Notes: a model not told the origin generated them from the sequence alone. DNA of 20,136 nt from Saprospiraceae bacterium (GCA_050485785.1 JBJHCA010000062.1:1-20136), one strand, 5' to 3'. Counted from the first letter of the stretch, positions 8,801-16,544 are shown. A program made the numbers and translations.

Positions 8801-9150
8801 GGCAGCGCGGACAAGGAGATCAGGAACTTCAGGATCTTATCGATGAAATGGATAAAACAGAAACTGATCTGGTCAATAAACGGATCACCCGCGAAATGAT
8901 GAAGCGACAAGAAGAAATCTTAACCCGTTTACTCGAATCGGAAAGGGCGGAAAGAGAGCGGGAATATGAAGAGCAACGGGAATCGGAAATTGCCCGAGAA
9001 TATGAACGCAAAATGCCCCCGGAACTGGAGGAATATCTCAAACAACGTCGGTCTGAAATTGATGAGATTCGCAGGGTTTCTCCTGCACTCAGACCATACT
9101 ATAAGAATCTGGTCGAATCTTATCAAAACGCTGCCAGAGGTACCCGGTAA
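5827..9150 (+). CDS. Large (1107 aa) membrane-anchored coiled-coil protein with Q/M/N-rich low-complexity inserts. It resembles the Bacteroidetes-specific DUF4175 family. Function unknown.
   Basis: Two N-terminal TM helices (LLVALSGATFILINIL; FSSFVGISLLAFAWWVLLPLL). A beta-rich middle region spans about aa 150-490. Extreme E/Q/K/R/M heptad-like coiled coil from about aa 495. Q/M-rich tracts lie at nt ~8041-8205 and ~8545-8730. The single long ORF has consistent coding periodicity. Confidence 0.85.
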   Translation: MDNYSSLIHKLDRFIRKYYLNQLIKGSMLLVALSGATFILINILEHFYYFEPGVRKVMFSSFVGISLLAFAWWVLLPLLHYFRLGRLISHEQAAEIIGNHFADVKDKLLNILQLKKMAGGSTDAALIMAGINQKTEDIKWVPFRRAINLSENKRYFIFVLPPLLVLGALLISSDLIENSTTRLVQSNKHFERPMPFHFNIINQEELEVIQFGDFKLEVQTTGQFIPNDAYIIVDDYRYRLQRDQHDRSRFYYTFKNVQRDIPFRFESGIVRSAPSMLEVIMKPTIAGFATRLEFPAYTGLKPETLRQTGDLQVPAGTKVFWDIKTDFSEQLFVRFGPENDSIQSLSRSAPDTYTMSKRFLANERYTLFTSSKKLPLADSVSYSISVVPDEHPKIQVEEFIDSMDNRLRFHIGEVSDDYGIRRVTFNYSINNEDQRGEVITEPVLSASGRAAAFDYVFNIRNLELKPGDNVVYFFEVFDNDGVNGSKSTRSQIMSYRMPTLEEWREQEEENQESIKRNLDEGKKEISDIRQQTREYRERLLQKEEIDWQDRKELERLLEQRRQMERNIQESKDLFRQNLEQQRDYEQPRPDILEKQEKLQELMEQLMDDELRELLKKMEELLHEMNRDDLLDNLMELELNEQELVKELDRMMELFKQLELEHEMNKAIDDLQKLAEEQQQLSEDTKSGEHSKEELMERQKEIEQKFEQIQERLDNIEQKNQELESPHNLGNLNEQSDGVMEDMQQGMQQLQQNNQDGASEKQQDASDKMKDMAQNMSNMMQASSMAQMMEDMESLRQILDNLIRLSFDQEDIMEDIKVTTINTPEYVRLVREQFRLKDDFRIVEDSLHALSKRVFQIESFINDKVTDVKRNFDQAIYQLEERVVNRGTGHQHAAMTALNDLALMLSEVMQQMQQQMAGNMSGDQMCQSPGGQGGGNPRPNLGQMQQQLNQQLQQMQQGQSPGGQDGMSRQFAEMARRQAAIRRALEQLQQEKRQRGQGDQELQDLIDEMDKTETDLVNKRITREMMKRQEEILTRLLESERAEREREYEEQRESEIAREYERKMPPELEEYLKQRRSEIDEIRRVSPALRPYYKNLVESYQNAARGTR

Positions 9151-9197
9151 GTAATTTTGAGCTTTTCGGCCTTAAGGGTGGACTTGTATCAGATAAA

Positions 9198-9213
9198 CCC
9201 ATAAATTTATGGG
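9198..9213. promoter_or_regulatory. Perfect 16-bp AT-rich palindrome CCCATAAATTTATGGG overlapping the first ATG of the downstream kinase ORF. Candidate operator.
   Basis: Perfect inverted repeat seen directly. It lies between the giant protein's stop (9150) and the likely kinase start (9230, preceded by GGAGA). Confidence 0.3.
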
Positions 9214-9229
9214 CCACAAAACCCGGAGA

Positions 9230-9637
9230 ATGAAAGAAGTGGTGCATACGGTTGTGCTTTCTTCTGCGCCTGAAAACATCGCCGAAGTAGAATCCCTGGT
9301 GAATCAACTGGTTGCTGATTTTCAGCTCTGCCCTGAAATAACCTGCCATATTCTGGTGTCCCTAACCGAAGCGGTAAACAATGCCATTGTACACGGTAAC
9401 AAGGCTGATAAAGCCAAGCTGGTTACCATAAAATTCAGACATCTCAACGGTACCCTGGAAATCTCTGTAAAAGATGAAGGCACCGGATTTGATCATTCTG
9501 TTCTACCTGACCCAACCACGCCCGAAAACATTATGAAGCTGGGTGGAAGGGGAGTATTTTTGATCAAACAACTGGCCGATGACGTTTACTTTATGGATAA
9601 CGGAAGTACAGTGGCTATGCGTTTTTCTATTTCCTGA
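9230..9637 (+). CDS. GHKL/HATPase_c anti-sigma-factor-type serine kinase (RsbW/SpoIIAB-like ATP-binding protein). The ORF track starts at 9209. ATG 9230, preceded by GGAGA, is preferred.
   Basis: N-box EAVNNAIVHGN, G1 box VKDEGTGFD, G2 box GGRGVFLIKQL. About 135 aa, single domain. Confidence 0.8.
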   Translation: MKEVVHTVVLSSAPENIAEVESLVNQLVADFQLCPEITCHILVSLTEAVNNAIVHGNKADKAKLVTIKFRHLNGTLEISVKDEGTGFDHSVLPDPTTPENIMKLGGRGVFLIKQLADDVYFMDNGSTVAMRFSIS

Positions 9638-9681
9638 CCCGGCATTCCCTCAGGCTTCAACTCAATCGATAACTCAAAACC

Positions 9682-10107
9682 ATGCCCATATCTTTTTTTC
9701 AGGAAGACATCGATCCTCCCATGGGATGGAACCCAATAGCCGCAGAAGGCTGGTTAAAAAAAATAATTGCTACTGAAAACGGCACCTTAGGTCAACTGAA
9801 TATCATTTTTTGCAACGACAATTACCTGCTGCAGATTAATCAGCAATACCTGAATCATGATTATTATACTGACATCATAACTTTCCAATCTGAACCGGAC
9901 ATGGTGGAAGGGGATATCTTTATCAGCATAACCCGGGTCAGTGAAAATGCCATGACTTTTAAGGTTGCCGTATTGCACGAATTGCACCGGGTTCTAGCCC
10001 ATGGTGTACTTCATATGCTGGGATATTCCGATGAAAATAATCAACAAAAACAGAAGATGCGGGCTAAAGAAGATGAACATCTCAAACTTCAACCCTTTAC
10101 ATCATGA
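9682..10107 (+). CDS. ybeY: rRNA maturation endoribonuclease YbeY
   Basis: Metal-binding motif HELHRVLAHGVLHMLGYSDE (H-x3-H-x5-H, YbeY signature). Size 141 aa. Confidence 0.9.
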   Translation: MPISFFQEDIDPPMGWNPIAAEGWLKKIIATENGTLGQLNIIFCNDNYLLQINQQYLNHDYYTDIITFQSEPDMVEGDIFISITRVSENAMTFKVAVLHELHRVLAHGVLHMLGYSDENNQQKQKMRAKEDEHLKLQPFTS

Positions 10108-10937
10108 TCGTTAAAACCAGCCAAAAGATGTCTCAAAAAAAAGCCGGCTATAAACTGAGCTGTCCGGTACCCCTGTATTGTAATGCATGGGAAAACATTT
10201 TTATTTGGGTGGGAGCACACGAAATAAGAGCAGAGCTTCTAGTGTATCCCGGAAACGAAGGAAAACACAGTACAGAAGGAAAGTTTAACGACGCGAAGGC
10301 TTGCTGGAAAGTAATAGCTGATGAGAAGAAATTCCCGCAACAATACGAAAGGTTTTCATTTCCCGTACATATCCCTCAGGATAGTGAGGCAGTACTTTCA
10401 TCACTCTTGCTCATGGCTGCAGTAGTTGCAAACCTCAATCAGCCCGACAAAACACAGCTTGCCGGAAGCCTTATGTCAACCAACCTGGCAAACAATAATA
10501 TCATGGCCGCAGCTCTCAAGGGAGGGTTGGTAATGCAAAGCAGCCACTCAAAATTGCCCTTATCGCTTTATTGTCCGGCAGGTTTATCCCATGCGATAAT
10601 CCATGCCCCGGTACTCACCAACTTTCTCAACATCCAAAGCCATGAGGGAAGCCTCAGTCTTTGGCTGTTTGGCCTGATGTACAGTAATTTTGAAGTGCTT
10701 AGGGAGTCGTTCAACGTTTACCATAACCAAAAGCCATTAATTACTGAACTAGAGTGTTTATGGATATTGCCTTTGTTTGACGGGCAATTCTGGTGGATTG
10801 CTGCTCAAAACAATCAACACCTGGAAAGTACTCTTGACAAAATTACCCATTGGCCTCAGCAGTCCGGCTTTCCTAATATTGAGCCGGAAAATGTTTACCG
10901 CACCGATATTGATAGGCAGGGAGCCATTAAACATTAA
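10104..10937 (+). CDS. Hypothetical protein (277 aa), translationally coupled to ybeY by an ATGA overlap. No recognisable motifs.
   Basis: The ATGA start/stop overlap with ybeY supports that it is real. Long ORF with no competing ORF on either strand. Confidence 0.55.
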   Translation: MIVKTSQKMSQKKAGYKLSCPVPLYCNAWENIFIWVGAHEIRAELLVYPGNEGKHSTEGKFNDAKACWKVIADEKKFPQQYERFSFPVHIPQDSEAVLSSLLLMAAVVANLNQPDKTQLAGSLMSTNLANNNIMAAALKGGLVMQSSHSKLPLSLYCPAGLSHAIIHAPVLTNFLNIQSHEGSLSLWLFGLMYSNFEVLRESFNVYHNQKPLITELECLWILPLFDGQFWWIAAQNNQHLESTLDKITHWPQQSGFPNIEPENVYRTDIDRQGAIKH

Positions 10938-10974
10938 AGCGGCGATGTTCCACGTGGAACACTATAAACTCGTC

Positions 10975-11502
10975 TTACTCCCTTCCAATCATGGACAAGT
11001 ATCGATAGATATATACTTCTTCTGATTTAGTGTCAGGCCTGTTTACAAATATGGAATCTACTTTGATGGTTTCATCAGGATTCTCCTGTATCGAAACTAT
11101 TCGGTCATCCTCAAAATGAATAACCTCCATCCAGCTACCCTCAGCAACCTGCATAAATGTTCTGACCGGAAATCTGGCTCCGGAATGATCCGAACTGTCA
11201 TATTGCTGGCATAGGGCAACTTCAACTCTCTTTGTGGCCAGATACGATGAAGGAATAATCTCACTGGAATGATTGTAACAAACCAAATCATACACTTCTC
11301 CTTCCTCTGTTTGGTCCAGTACAAACCCTGGATAATTGTATACTACATGTACCACTGAATCACCCTTATGCTCTATGTTGGTCACCTGAAAACCTCTCTC
11401 AGGTGCTAATTTAAAATTCACACCAAAGTCAAAATTAAAACTGGCAACCAGGATTACAACCGTAACCCAAACGGGATTGAAAGAAAGATAGGATAATCTC
11501 AT
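10975..11502 (-). CDS. Hypothetical signal-anchored protein (175 aa), probably the third gene of the NfeD-flotillin operon.
   Basis: N-terminal TM/signal anchor (LSYLSFNPVWVTVVILVASF) followed by a beta-rich soluble domain. It starts 33 nt after the flotillin stop on the same strand. Confidence 0.5.
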   Translation of the reverse strand: MRLSYLSFNPVWVTVVILVASFNFDFGVNFKLAPERGFQVTNIEHKGDSVVHVVYNYPGFVLDQTEEGEVYDLVCYNHSSEIIPSSYLATKRVEVALCQQYDSSDHSGARFPVRTFMQVAEGSWMEVIHFEDDRIVSIQENPDETIKVDSIFVNRPDTKSEEVYIYRYLSMIGRE

Positions 11503-11535
11503 TGGAAAAGTATTTGATTCATGATTGCATTCAAT

Positions 11536-12957
11536 CTATCGATCACTTTTATCTTCCCCCTTGACAGGTTCAGATGACTCTTCCCCGGAGCGTTTACCCA
11601 TATATGCCGGTAATTCCATTCCAGCCATGTTAAACAGGTCAGCCATAGGTGGAACCGATCTGTAAAGGCCGGAAACAAACTTGGCTGTTGAATTGCCTTC
11701 ATTACCATCGGCTTGCCCACCTTCCCAAACAGTAATCTTGTCAATCTTGATATTTTTGATGGCATCTACCTGGGTTTTTACCAGTTCAGGTAATTTATCA
11801 GCAATCATCAACAACACCGCCTCACGTGGGTCTTTCCCTGCAGCGCCAACAATCTTGGCAAATCCCTCAGCCTGCTTACTCAACACTTCGAGTAAACCAC
11901 GAGCTTCTGCTTCACGCTGCATAAATACGGCATCTGCCTCACCTTTGGCCACCCGTCTGATTCGCTCGGCCTCAGCTTCAGCTTCAATTTCGACCTTGCG
12001 CTTGGCAATCTCAGCCTTAACAATTTCATCTGCCTCCCGTTGGGCCAGTTCCCTTTTAGCTCTGGCTTGTTCAGCTTCCTGCTCAGCAATATAAGCTTCC
12101 TGTAACGCTCTGGCTGATTGCACTTTTTCACTGGCAGTAGCTCTTCGCATGGCTTCCGCTTCACGCTCACGTCTGAGTGCATTAGAATCAGCCATTTTGA
12201 TCTGTGCTTCATTCTCACCTTCCACTGCTCTGGCCTGTGCAGCTGCCTCACCGGCCTTAGCTTCGGCCTCTGCCTGCGCTACGCTTACACGTTGCTCCCT
12301 GTGTGCATTAGCCTCACCTATTGAACCATCCCGATTATGGCCGGCTACAGTTTGCTTGGCATCATTGATGGCTTTGGCAGCAGCCTCCTGACCCAAAGCC
12401 TGAATATAACCGGATTCATCCTGAATATCAGTGATGTTAACGTTGATCAGCTCCAGGCCTATCTTGTTCAGCTCCATACCTACATTGGAACTCACACTGC
12501 TCAGAAATTTATCTCTGTCTACATTGAGCTCCTCAATATCCATGGTGGCAATAACCAAACGCATCTGACCAACAATAATATTAAATGCCAACTCCCTGAT
12601 ATGCTCAAGGGAAATTCCAAGCAACCGCTCGGCAGCATTATTCATCACTCCTTCCTGATTGGAAATACCCACCGTAAACTGTGAAGGAACATTGACGCGG
12701 ATGTTCTGCTTACTCAACGCTCCACGCAAATCCACATCGATGGATATCGGCGTCAGATCAAGATACTCATAATCCTGGATAACAGGCCATACAAATGCAG
12801 CACCACCGGCCATACACCTTGCCGAGCCAGCACCGGTTTTACCGTAAATGACCAAAATCCTGTCAGAAGGGCAACGCTTGTACCGTGAAGCAAGCCAAAT
12901 AAGGGTTAACAGTATCAGTCCAATTAACCCCGCACCAAGTATAATAATAGGTTCCAT
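11536..12957 (-). CDS. Flotillin-like SPFH/band-7 family protein (YqiK/FloT-like), 473 aa.
   Basis: N-terminal TM anchor, SPFH domain (ILVIYGKTG…VWPVIQDYEYLDLTPISIDV…), a long Ala/Glu/Arg-rich coiled-coil 'flotillin' region, and a C-terminal tail. Co-oriented 28 nt downstream of an NfeD gene, matching the E. coli yqiJ-yqiK arrangement. Confidence 0.9.
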   Translation of the reverse strand: MEPIIILGAGLIGLILLTLIWLASRYKRCPSDRILVIYGKTGAGSARCMAGGAAFVWPVIQDYEYLDLTPISIDVDLRGALSKQNIRVNVPSQFTVGISNQEGVMNNAAERLLGISLEHIRELAFNIIVGQMRLVIATMDIEELNVDRDKFLSSVSSNVGMELNKIGLELINVNITDIQDESGYIQALGQEAAAKAINDAKQTVAGHNRDGSIGEANAHREQRVSVAQAEAEAKAGEAAAQARAVEGENEAQIKMADSNALRREREAEAMRRATASEKVQSARALQEAYIAEQEAEQARAKRELAQREADEIVKAEIAKRKVEIEAEAEAERIRRVAKGEADAVFMQREAEARGLLEVLSKQAEGFAKIVGAAGKDPREAVLLMIADKLPELVKTQVDAIKNIKIDKITVWEGGQADGNEGNSTAKFVSGLYRSVPPMADLFNMAGMELPAYMGKRSGEESSEPVKGEDKSDR

Positions 12958-12985
12958 AATGAAAAAAGAGTTTTAAATGTCCGTC

Positions 12986-13618
12986 CTAAAATTGTTCCAT
13001 TTCTACCGAGCCCGCAGGAGGCAATCCGTCATCCAAAGGTTCAACTACAACAATATTGCTTCCGGCCAAATCGGTGACGCGCACTTTGGTTCCGGTAGGA
13101 ATAGTTTTATTGGTTCCATTGAATGCGCTTAGCTGAATCAGCCTGCCGTTCACCAACAGATGAACTTTTCCGGCTTTATCTCTACCAGGAGGAACAGTGA
13201 GATACACAGTTCCTTTGGAGAACATGGCATCTTCAATCTGAAAGTTTCCCGACTCCTGAAACCGGAGAAACATAAACAATAGCCAACCCACTATAAACAT
13301 CGCTATCAGCCCGGCTACAAGTGCCGTTCCGGCAACCATTACAGCAGAAAAGCCATAAGAAAGCATAACTACTCCGGCCCAGCCAAAAAAAGTAAAAAAT
13401 GCTACAATTCCTCTGATGGATAAAAGAGGAAACTCTGCATCAGCGGAAAAATCCGTACCTCCGTCAGCGTCCACATCCGAATCGGGGTCAAAGCCAAACA
13501 GACTTATCACAAAGAAAAAAAGAAAAAACACGGATGATACAATTGCCGTTCCCCAAAAGAACTGCTGAAAAGTAGTGAGTGCTGCCCACCAATCGGTAAC
13601 AGATAAAAGTGTGTACAT
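12986..13618 (-). CDS. NfeD-like membrane protein (YqiJ-like), the operon partner of flotillin. 210 aa.
   Basis: N-terminal polytopic TM region, an acidic DxD-rich loop, and a C-terminal soluble beta (OB-fold-like) domain (KGTVYLTVPPGRDKAGKVHLLVNGRLIQL…). Size matches E. coli YqiJ. Immediately upstream of the flotillin gene. Confidence 0.75.
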   Translation of the reverse strand: MYTLLSVTDWWAALTTFQQFFWGTAIVSSVFFLFFFVISLFGFDPDSDVDADGGTDFSADAEFPLLSIRGIVAFFTFFGWAGVVMLSYGFSAVMVAGTALVAGLIAMFIVGWLLFMFLRFQESGNFQIEDAMFSKGTVYLTVPPGRDKAGKVHLLVNGRLIQLSAFNGTNKTIPTGTKVRVTDLAGSNIVVVEPLDDGLPPAGSVEMEQF

Positions 13619-13755
13619 TATTCCGTGCTTACATCTCTAAAAGTACGGCTTTTTTGATTATACCGTACCATTATACGCCCATGTAAGCAATTTAATGGAT
13701 TAACGGCATAAAAAGTTCTGCCATGCGGCATTCAGTCCTAAGTTCACCAAACAGC

Positions 13756-15210
13756 TTACCCATACCGGATGCAAACATTCTTGGGCTCGGTAAAAAACCT
13801 GAAAGCCTCCCAGCCACCTTCCCGTCCGACACCACTGTTCTTAATTCCTCCAAATGGTGTCCGAAGGTCACGGAGCAACCAGCAATTGACCCATACTATT
13901 CCCGACTGAAGCTGTTCTGCCATCCTGTGTGCACGTGAAACATCCGAGGTCCAGACTATTGATGCCAGCCCGTAAGATGAATCATTGGCCAGCATCAGCG
14001 CTTCTTCCTCAGTTTTGAACGGTTGTATGGTAACTACAGGACCAAATATTTCTTCCCGGTTTCCCGTACAACTATTGTCAAGACCTTCTATAATGGTGGG
14101 CAACAAATAATACCCCTTCAGCAGCTTGCCACTCATGCCGGGACGCTGACCCCCACACAATACAGTTCCTCCTTCTTCAACGGCCTTATCGATATGCCTC
14201 AAAACCTTAATGAGGTGTTGCTCCGAAACCAATGCTCCCATATCGGTCTGATCAGAAAGAGGATCACCCGGCAGAAGCAGCCTGGTACGCCGAACCAACT
14301 CATCCCTGAACTTTTCATAGATGCCCTCCTGAATGTAAATGCGGGAGCCACACAGACAAATTTGTCCATTATTGGCAAAAGATGATCGTATGGTGGTTTG
14401 CAGCGATTTTTCAAAATCGCAATCATCAAAGATGATGCTGGGGTTCTTACCCCCCAACTCAAGGCTTAGTTTCTTAAATTTAGAAGCAGCAAGCGAAGCA
14501 ATTCTTGCACCTGTATCCGTACCTCCGGTAAATGAAACAGCCTTGATATCCGGATGCTCAACAATGGCTTGCCCGGCTCTGACGCCAAGGCCGTGCACAA
14601 TATTGAGTACCCCGTCTGGCAGCCCGGCTTCGGCACAGGCTTTGGACAGTAAATAGGCAGTCATTGGCGTAACTTCAGAGGGCTTAGCTACTACACAATT
14701 ACCTGAAGCCAATGCCGGTGCAATTTTCCAGGAAAAGAGATACAAAGGCAGATTCCACGGTGAAATGCACCCTACCACACCCAGAGGCTGACGCAATGTA
14801 TAGTTGACAGCCAAACCACTCATGTGGTGAGATTCCGATGCATAGTGCATGGCAGCCGTTGCAAAAAAGCGAAAGTTGGCTTGTGCCCTCGGAATATCGA
14901 TTTGCCTCGAAAGTTTGATAGCTTTGCCATTATCGATAGTTTCAGCACGGGCTAATAACTCCAGGTTTTGCTCAATGATATCGGCAATTCGGTTGAGCAT
15001 TCTGAACCGTTCTTCGGGTGCTGTATGGCTCCATCCGGGAAAAGCCTTGCGGGCTGCTTCCACCGCTGCATTCACATCAGCTTCATCAGAGTCAGGTATA
15101 GTTCCGTACACTTCGCCGATAGCGGGATTCTCATTTTCGAGATAGCGGCCGGAGTCAGGTTCCGCAAAGCGCCCGTCTATATAGTTTTTGATAGCTGCGT
15201 CAGTTTTCAT
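13756..15210 (-). CDS. NAD(P)-dependent aldehyde dehydrogenase family protein (484 aa).
   Basis: ALDH glutamate active site LELGGKNP and catalytic Cys motif FANNGQICLCGSR. NAD-binding region GCISPWNLPL / FTGGTDTG. Confidence 0.9.
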   Translation of the reverse strand: MKTDAAIKNYIDGRFAEPDSGRYLENENPAIGEVYGTIPDSDEADVNAAVEAARKAFPGWSHTAPEERFRMLNRIADIIEQNLELLARAETIDNGKAIKLSRQIDIPRAQANFRFFATAAMHYASESHHMSGLAVNYTLRQPLGVVGCISPWNLPLYLFSWKIAPALASGNCVVAKPSEVTPMTAYLLSKACAEAGLPDGVLNIVHGLGVRAGQAIVEHPDIKAVSFTGGTDTGARIASLAASKFKKLSLELGGKNPSIIFDDCDFEKSLQTTIRSSFANNGQICLCGSRIYIQEGIYEKFRDELVRRTRLLLPGDPLSDQTDMGALVSEQHLIKVLRHIDKAVEEGGTVLCGGQRPGMSGKLLKGYYLLPTIIEGLDNSCTGNREEIFGPVVTIQPFKTEEEALMLANDSSYGLASIVWTSDVSRAHRMAEQLQSGIVWVNCWLLRDLRTPFGGIKNSGVGREGGWEAFRFFTEPKNVCIRYG

Positions 15211-15427
15211 TGCCAGTAAATTTCAGCCGAAAGGTAGGAAAAATGACGGACACCCAGGACAGTAACAGGTTGAGGAGTGTTCCAAGTATTGCTCGCGGCA
15301 ATGCGCTACAACCGCCAAGCCACGCGCGAATAAGGCAAAAATGACTGCCTGAGCATGGCGTGGCCAAAAAAAGATATCCCAAAAAAACAAGCTAAACCTG
15401 CAACTGATTATTCTAACCTCTCTAAAT

Positions 15428-16024
15428 TTAGTCGAGCAGATCCCGAAGGACAAACTCCAGAATGGGATCGTCCTTGGGGTCGTAGCCCTCGCGCAGGTTA
15501 TACCCGTAAAAATTGCCCAGGTTTTGCCAGTAAAAAGCCGTAAGGCCACCTCTTACCTCCCTGAGAACATCATAACAGCTTGTTTCCAGTTCGCGTTCAA
15601 TCATTTTGATCAGAATCTTTCCCTGGGTTTTGGTGAGGGACTTGAGGGGGTCTTCAAAATCTGATTTAACCTCGCGTTGAATATCCCTGATGTACCGTCT
15701 GCGGTCTCTGTTCCGCATGTCATTGGTCTCATTTTCGATTTTTCTGAACAGCTCAATAGCAGTAAGCGCATAGGGAAGAACCCGCTCTGCATTGAGTTTC
15801 ATGCGTAAGTAATGCCGCTCGTAGGCCCGGCTTTCAAATCGAATGCTGCTTACAGTGAGTGAATCAAAGTCGGCCATATAAATGGTATCCCCATCAATAA
15901 TAAAAGCCCGAACTATAACGCCATTGACTGTAAGTTCTTCAAAATGTTCATTTTGCGCACTAACTTTGAGGCTCAGACTAAGTACAAGCATTAAAGCTAT
16001 GCCGGAAAATTTCAATGTATGCAT
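15428..16024 (-). CDS. Secreted DUF4294-like protein (Bacteroidetes-specific). The ORF track extends to 16075. The signal peptide begins at Met 16024 (MHTLKFSGIALMLVLSLSLKVSAQ).
   Basis: Sec signal peptide with an AQ cleavage site. C-terminal conserved block LTKTQGKILIKMIERELETSCYDVLREVRGGLTAFYWQNLGNFYGYNL, recalled from the DUF4294 family from memory only. Confidence 0.55.
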   Translation of the reverse strand: MHTLKFSGIALMLVLSLSLKVSAQNEHFEELTVNGVIVRAFIIDGDTIYMADFDSLTVSSIRFESRAYERHYLRMKLNAERVLPYALTAIELFRKIENETNDMRNRDRRRYIRDIQREVKSDFEDPLKSLTKTQGKILIKMIERELETSCYDVLREVRGGLTAFYWQNLGNFYGYNLREGYDPKDDPILEFVLRDLLD

Positions 16025-16241
16025 TACGCTCATGTTTGCAAAGGTAAGGTCAAATGCCGTTCCAAAGATTGCCAATCAACACCATCGTAATATTTGTTTA
16101 ACAGCATTTAACATGCCGCAAACGCACAGTATTGCTTATTCAGTATGCCGGAACTTCCACAATATAAAAATGTAACCATTCCTGAACTCAAAAAAGGTAA
16201 ATGCGTTAAAGTGTGTACGAATGGATTATTTGTATCTTTGC

Positions 16242-16249
16242 ATGCTAAT
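16242..16249 (+). promoter_or_regulatory. Candidate Bacteroidetes -7 promoter box TATCTTTG upstream of the lipoprotein gene.
   Basis: Exact TAnnTTTG match, 28 nt upstream of ATG 16277. No convincing -33 TTTG found. Confidence 0.25.
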
Positions 16250-16276
16250 CCTGATTCACTAACACAAACTGATTTT

Positions 16277-16516
16277 ATGAGAAAACTCACGATGTTCACC
16301 GCAGCCCTGATAGCCGGTGCTATGTTTTTGGCCTCATGCGGAGGCGAAAGTAACGGCTTACTCACGCAGGAAGAATTCGACAAGCGCGTTGAAGAAATGA
16401 CTGCAGAAAGAATTGCCGAAATCGGACCACAGATGGACCAACAGTGCGAAGACCGATTTGAAGCACTGGTCACCACCAAGGTTGACTCCATCATCAAAGT
16501 GGCTACCGGAAACTGA
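16277..16516 (+). CDS. Small lipoprotein (79 aa). The ORF track starts at 16145, but the lipoprotein signal begins at Met 16277.
   Basis: MRKLTMFTAALIAGAMFLASCGG is a lipobox (LASC) signal peptide. The mature part is acidic and helical. Confidence 0.55.
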   Translation: MRKLTMFTAALIAGAMFLASCGGESNGLLTQEEFDKRVEEMTAERIAEIGPQMDQQCEDRFEALVTTKVDSIIKVATGN

Positions 16517-16544
16517 TTAACCCTTAAAATTTAAAAGACAAATT

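Noticed and set aside
11681-12391. Plus-strand ORFs (137 aa, 68 aa, 80 aa) and minus-strand 123-aa and 88-aa ORFs overlapping the flotillin gene
   Set aside because: These are shadow ORFs caused by the GC-rich Ala/Glu repeat region of the flotillin. Their products are Ala/Ser/Cys-rich low-complexity strings. Flotillin identity on the other frame is unambiguous.
13619-13755. Possible terminator between the aldehyde dehydrogenase and NfeD genes (GTACGG-N14-CCGTAC followed by TTTTA on the minus strand)
   Set aside because: The stem is only 6 bp with a 14-nt loop and a short T-run. It is too weak to call as a feature, and the region could equally be the promoter of the NfeD-flotillin operon.
13723-13938. 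71-aa plus-strand ORF overlapping the 3' end of the aldehyde dehydrogenase gene. The same applies to 14023-14656, 14849-15219 and 15223-15549.
   Set aside because: These are antisense or overlapping shadows of the ALDH and DUF4294-like genes, with no supporting motifs.
16145-16276. N-terminal 44 aa of the track ORF 16145-16516 (MPELPQYKNVTIPELKKGKCVKVC…)
   Set aside because: A lipoprotein signal peptide begins at the internal Met 16277 and a -7-like promoter box lies at 16242-16249 inside this extension. The upstream part is most likely non-coding.
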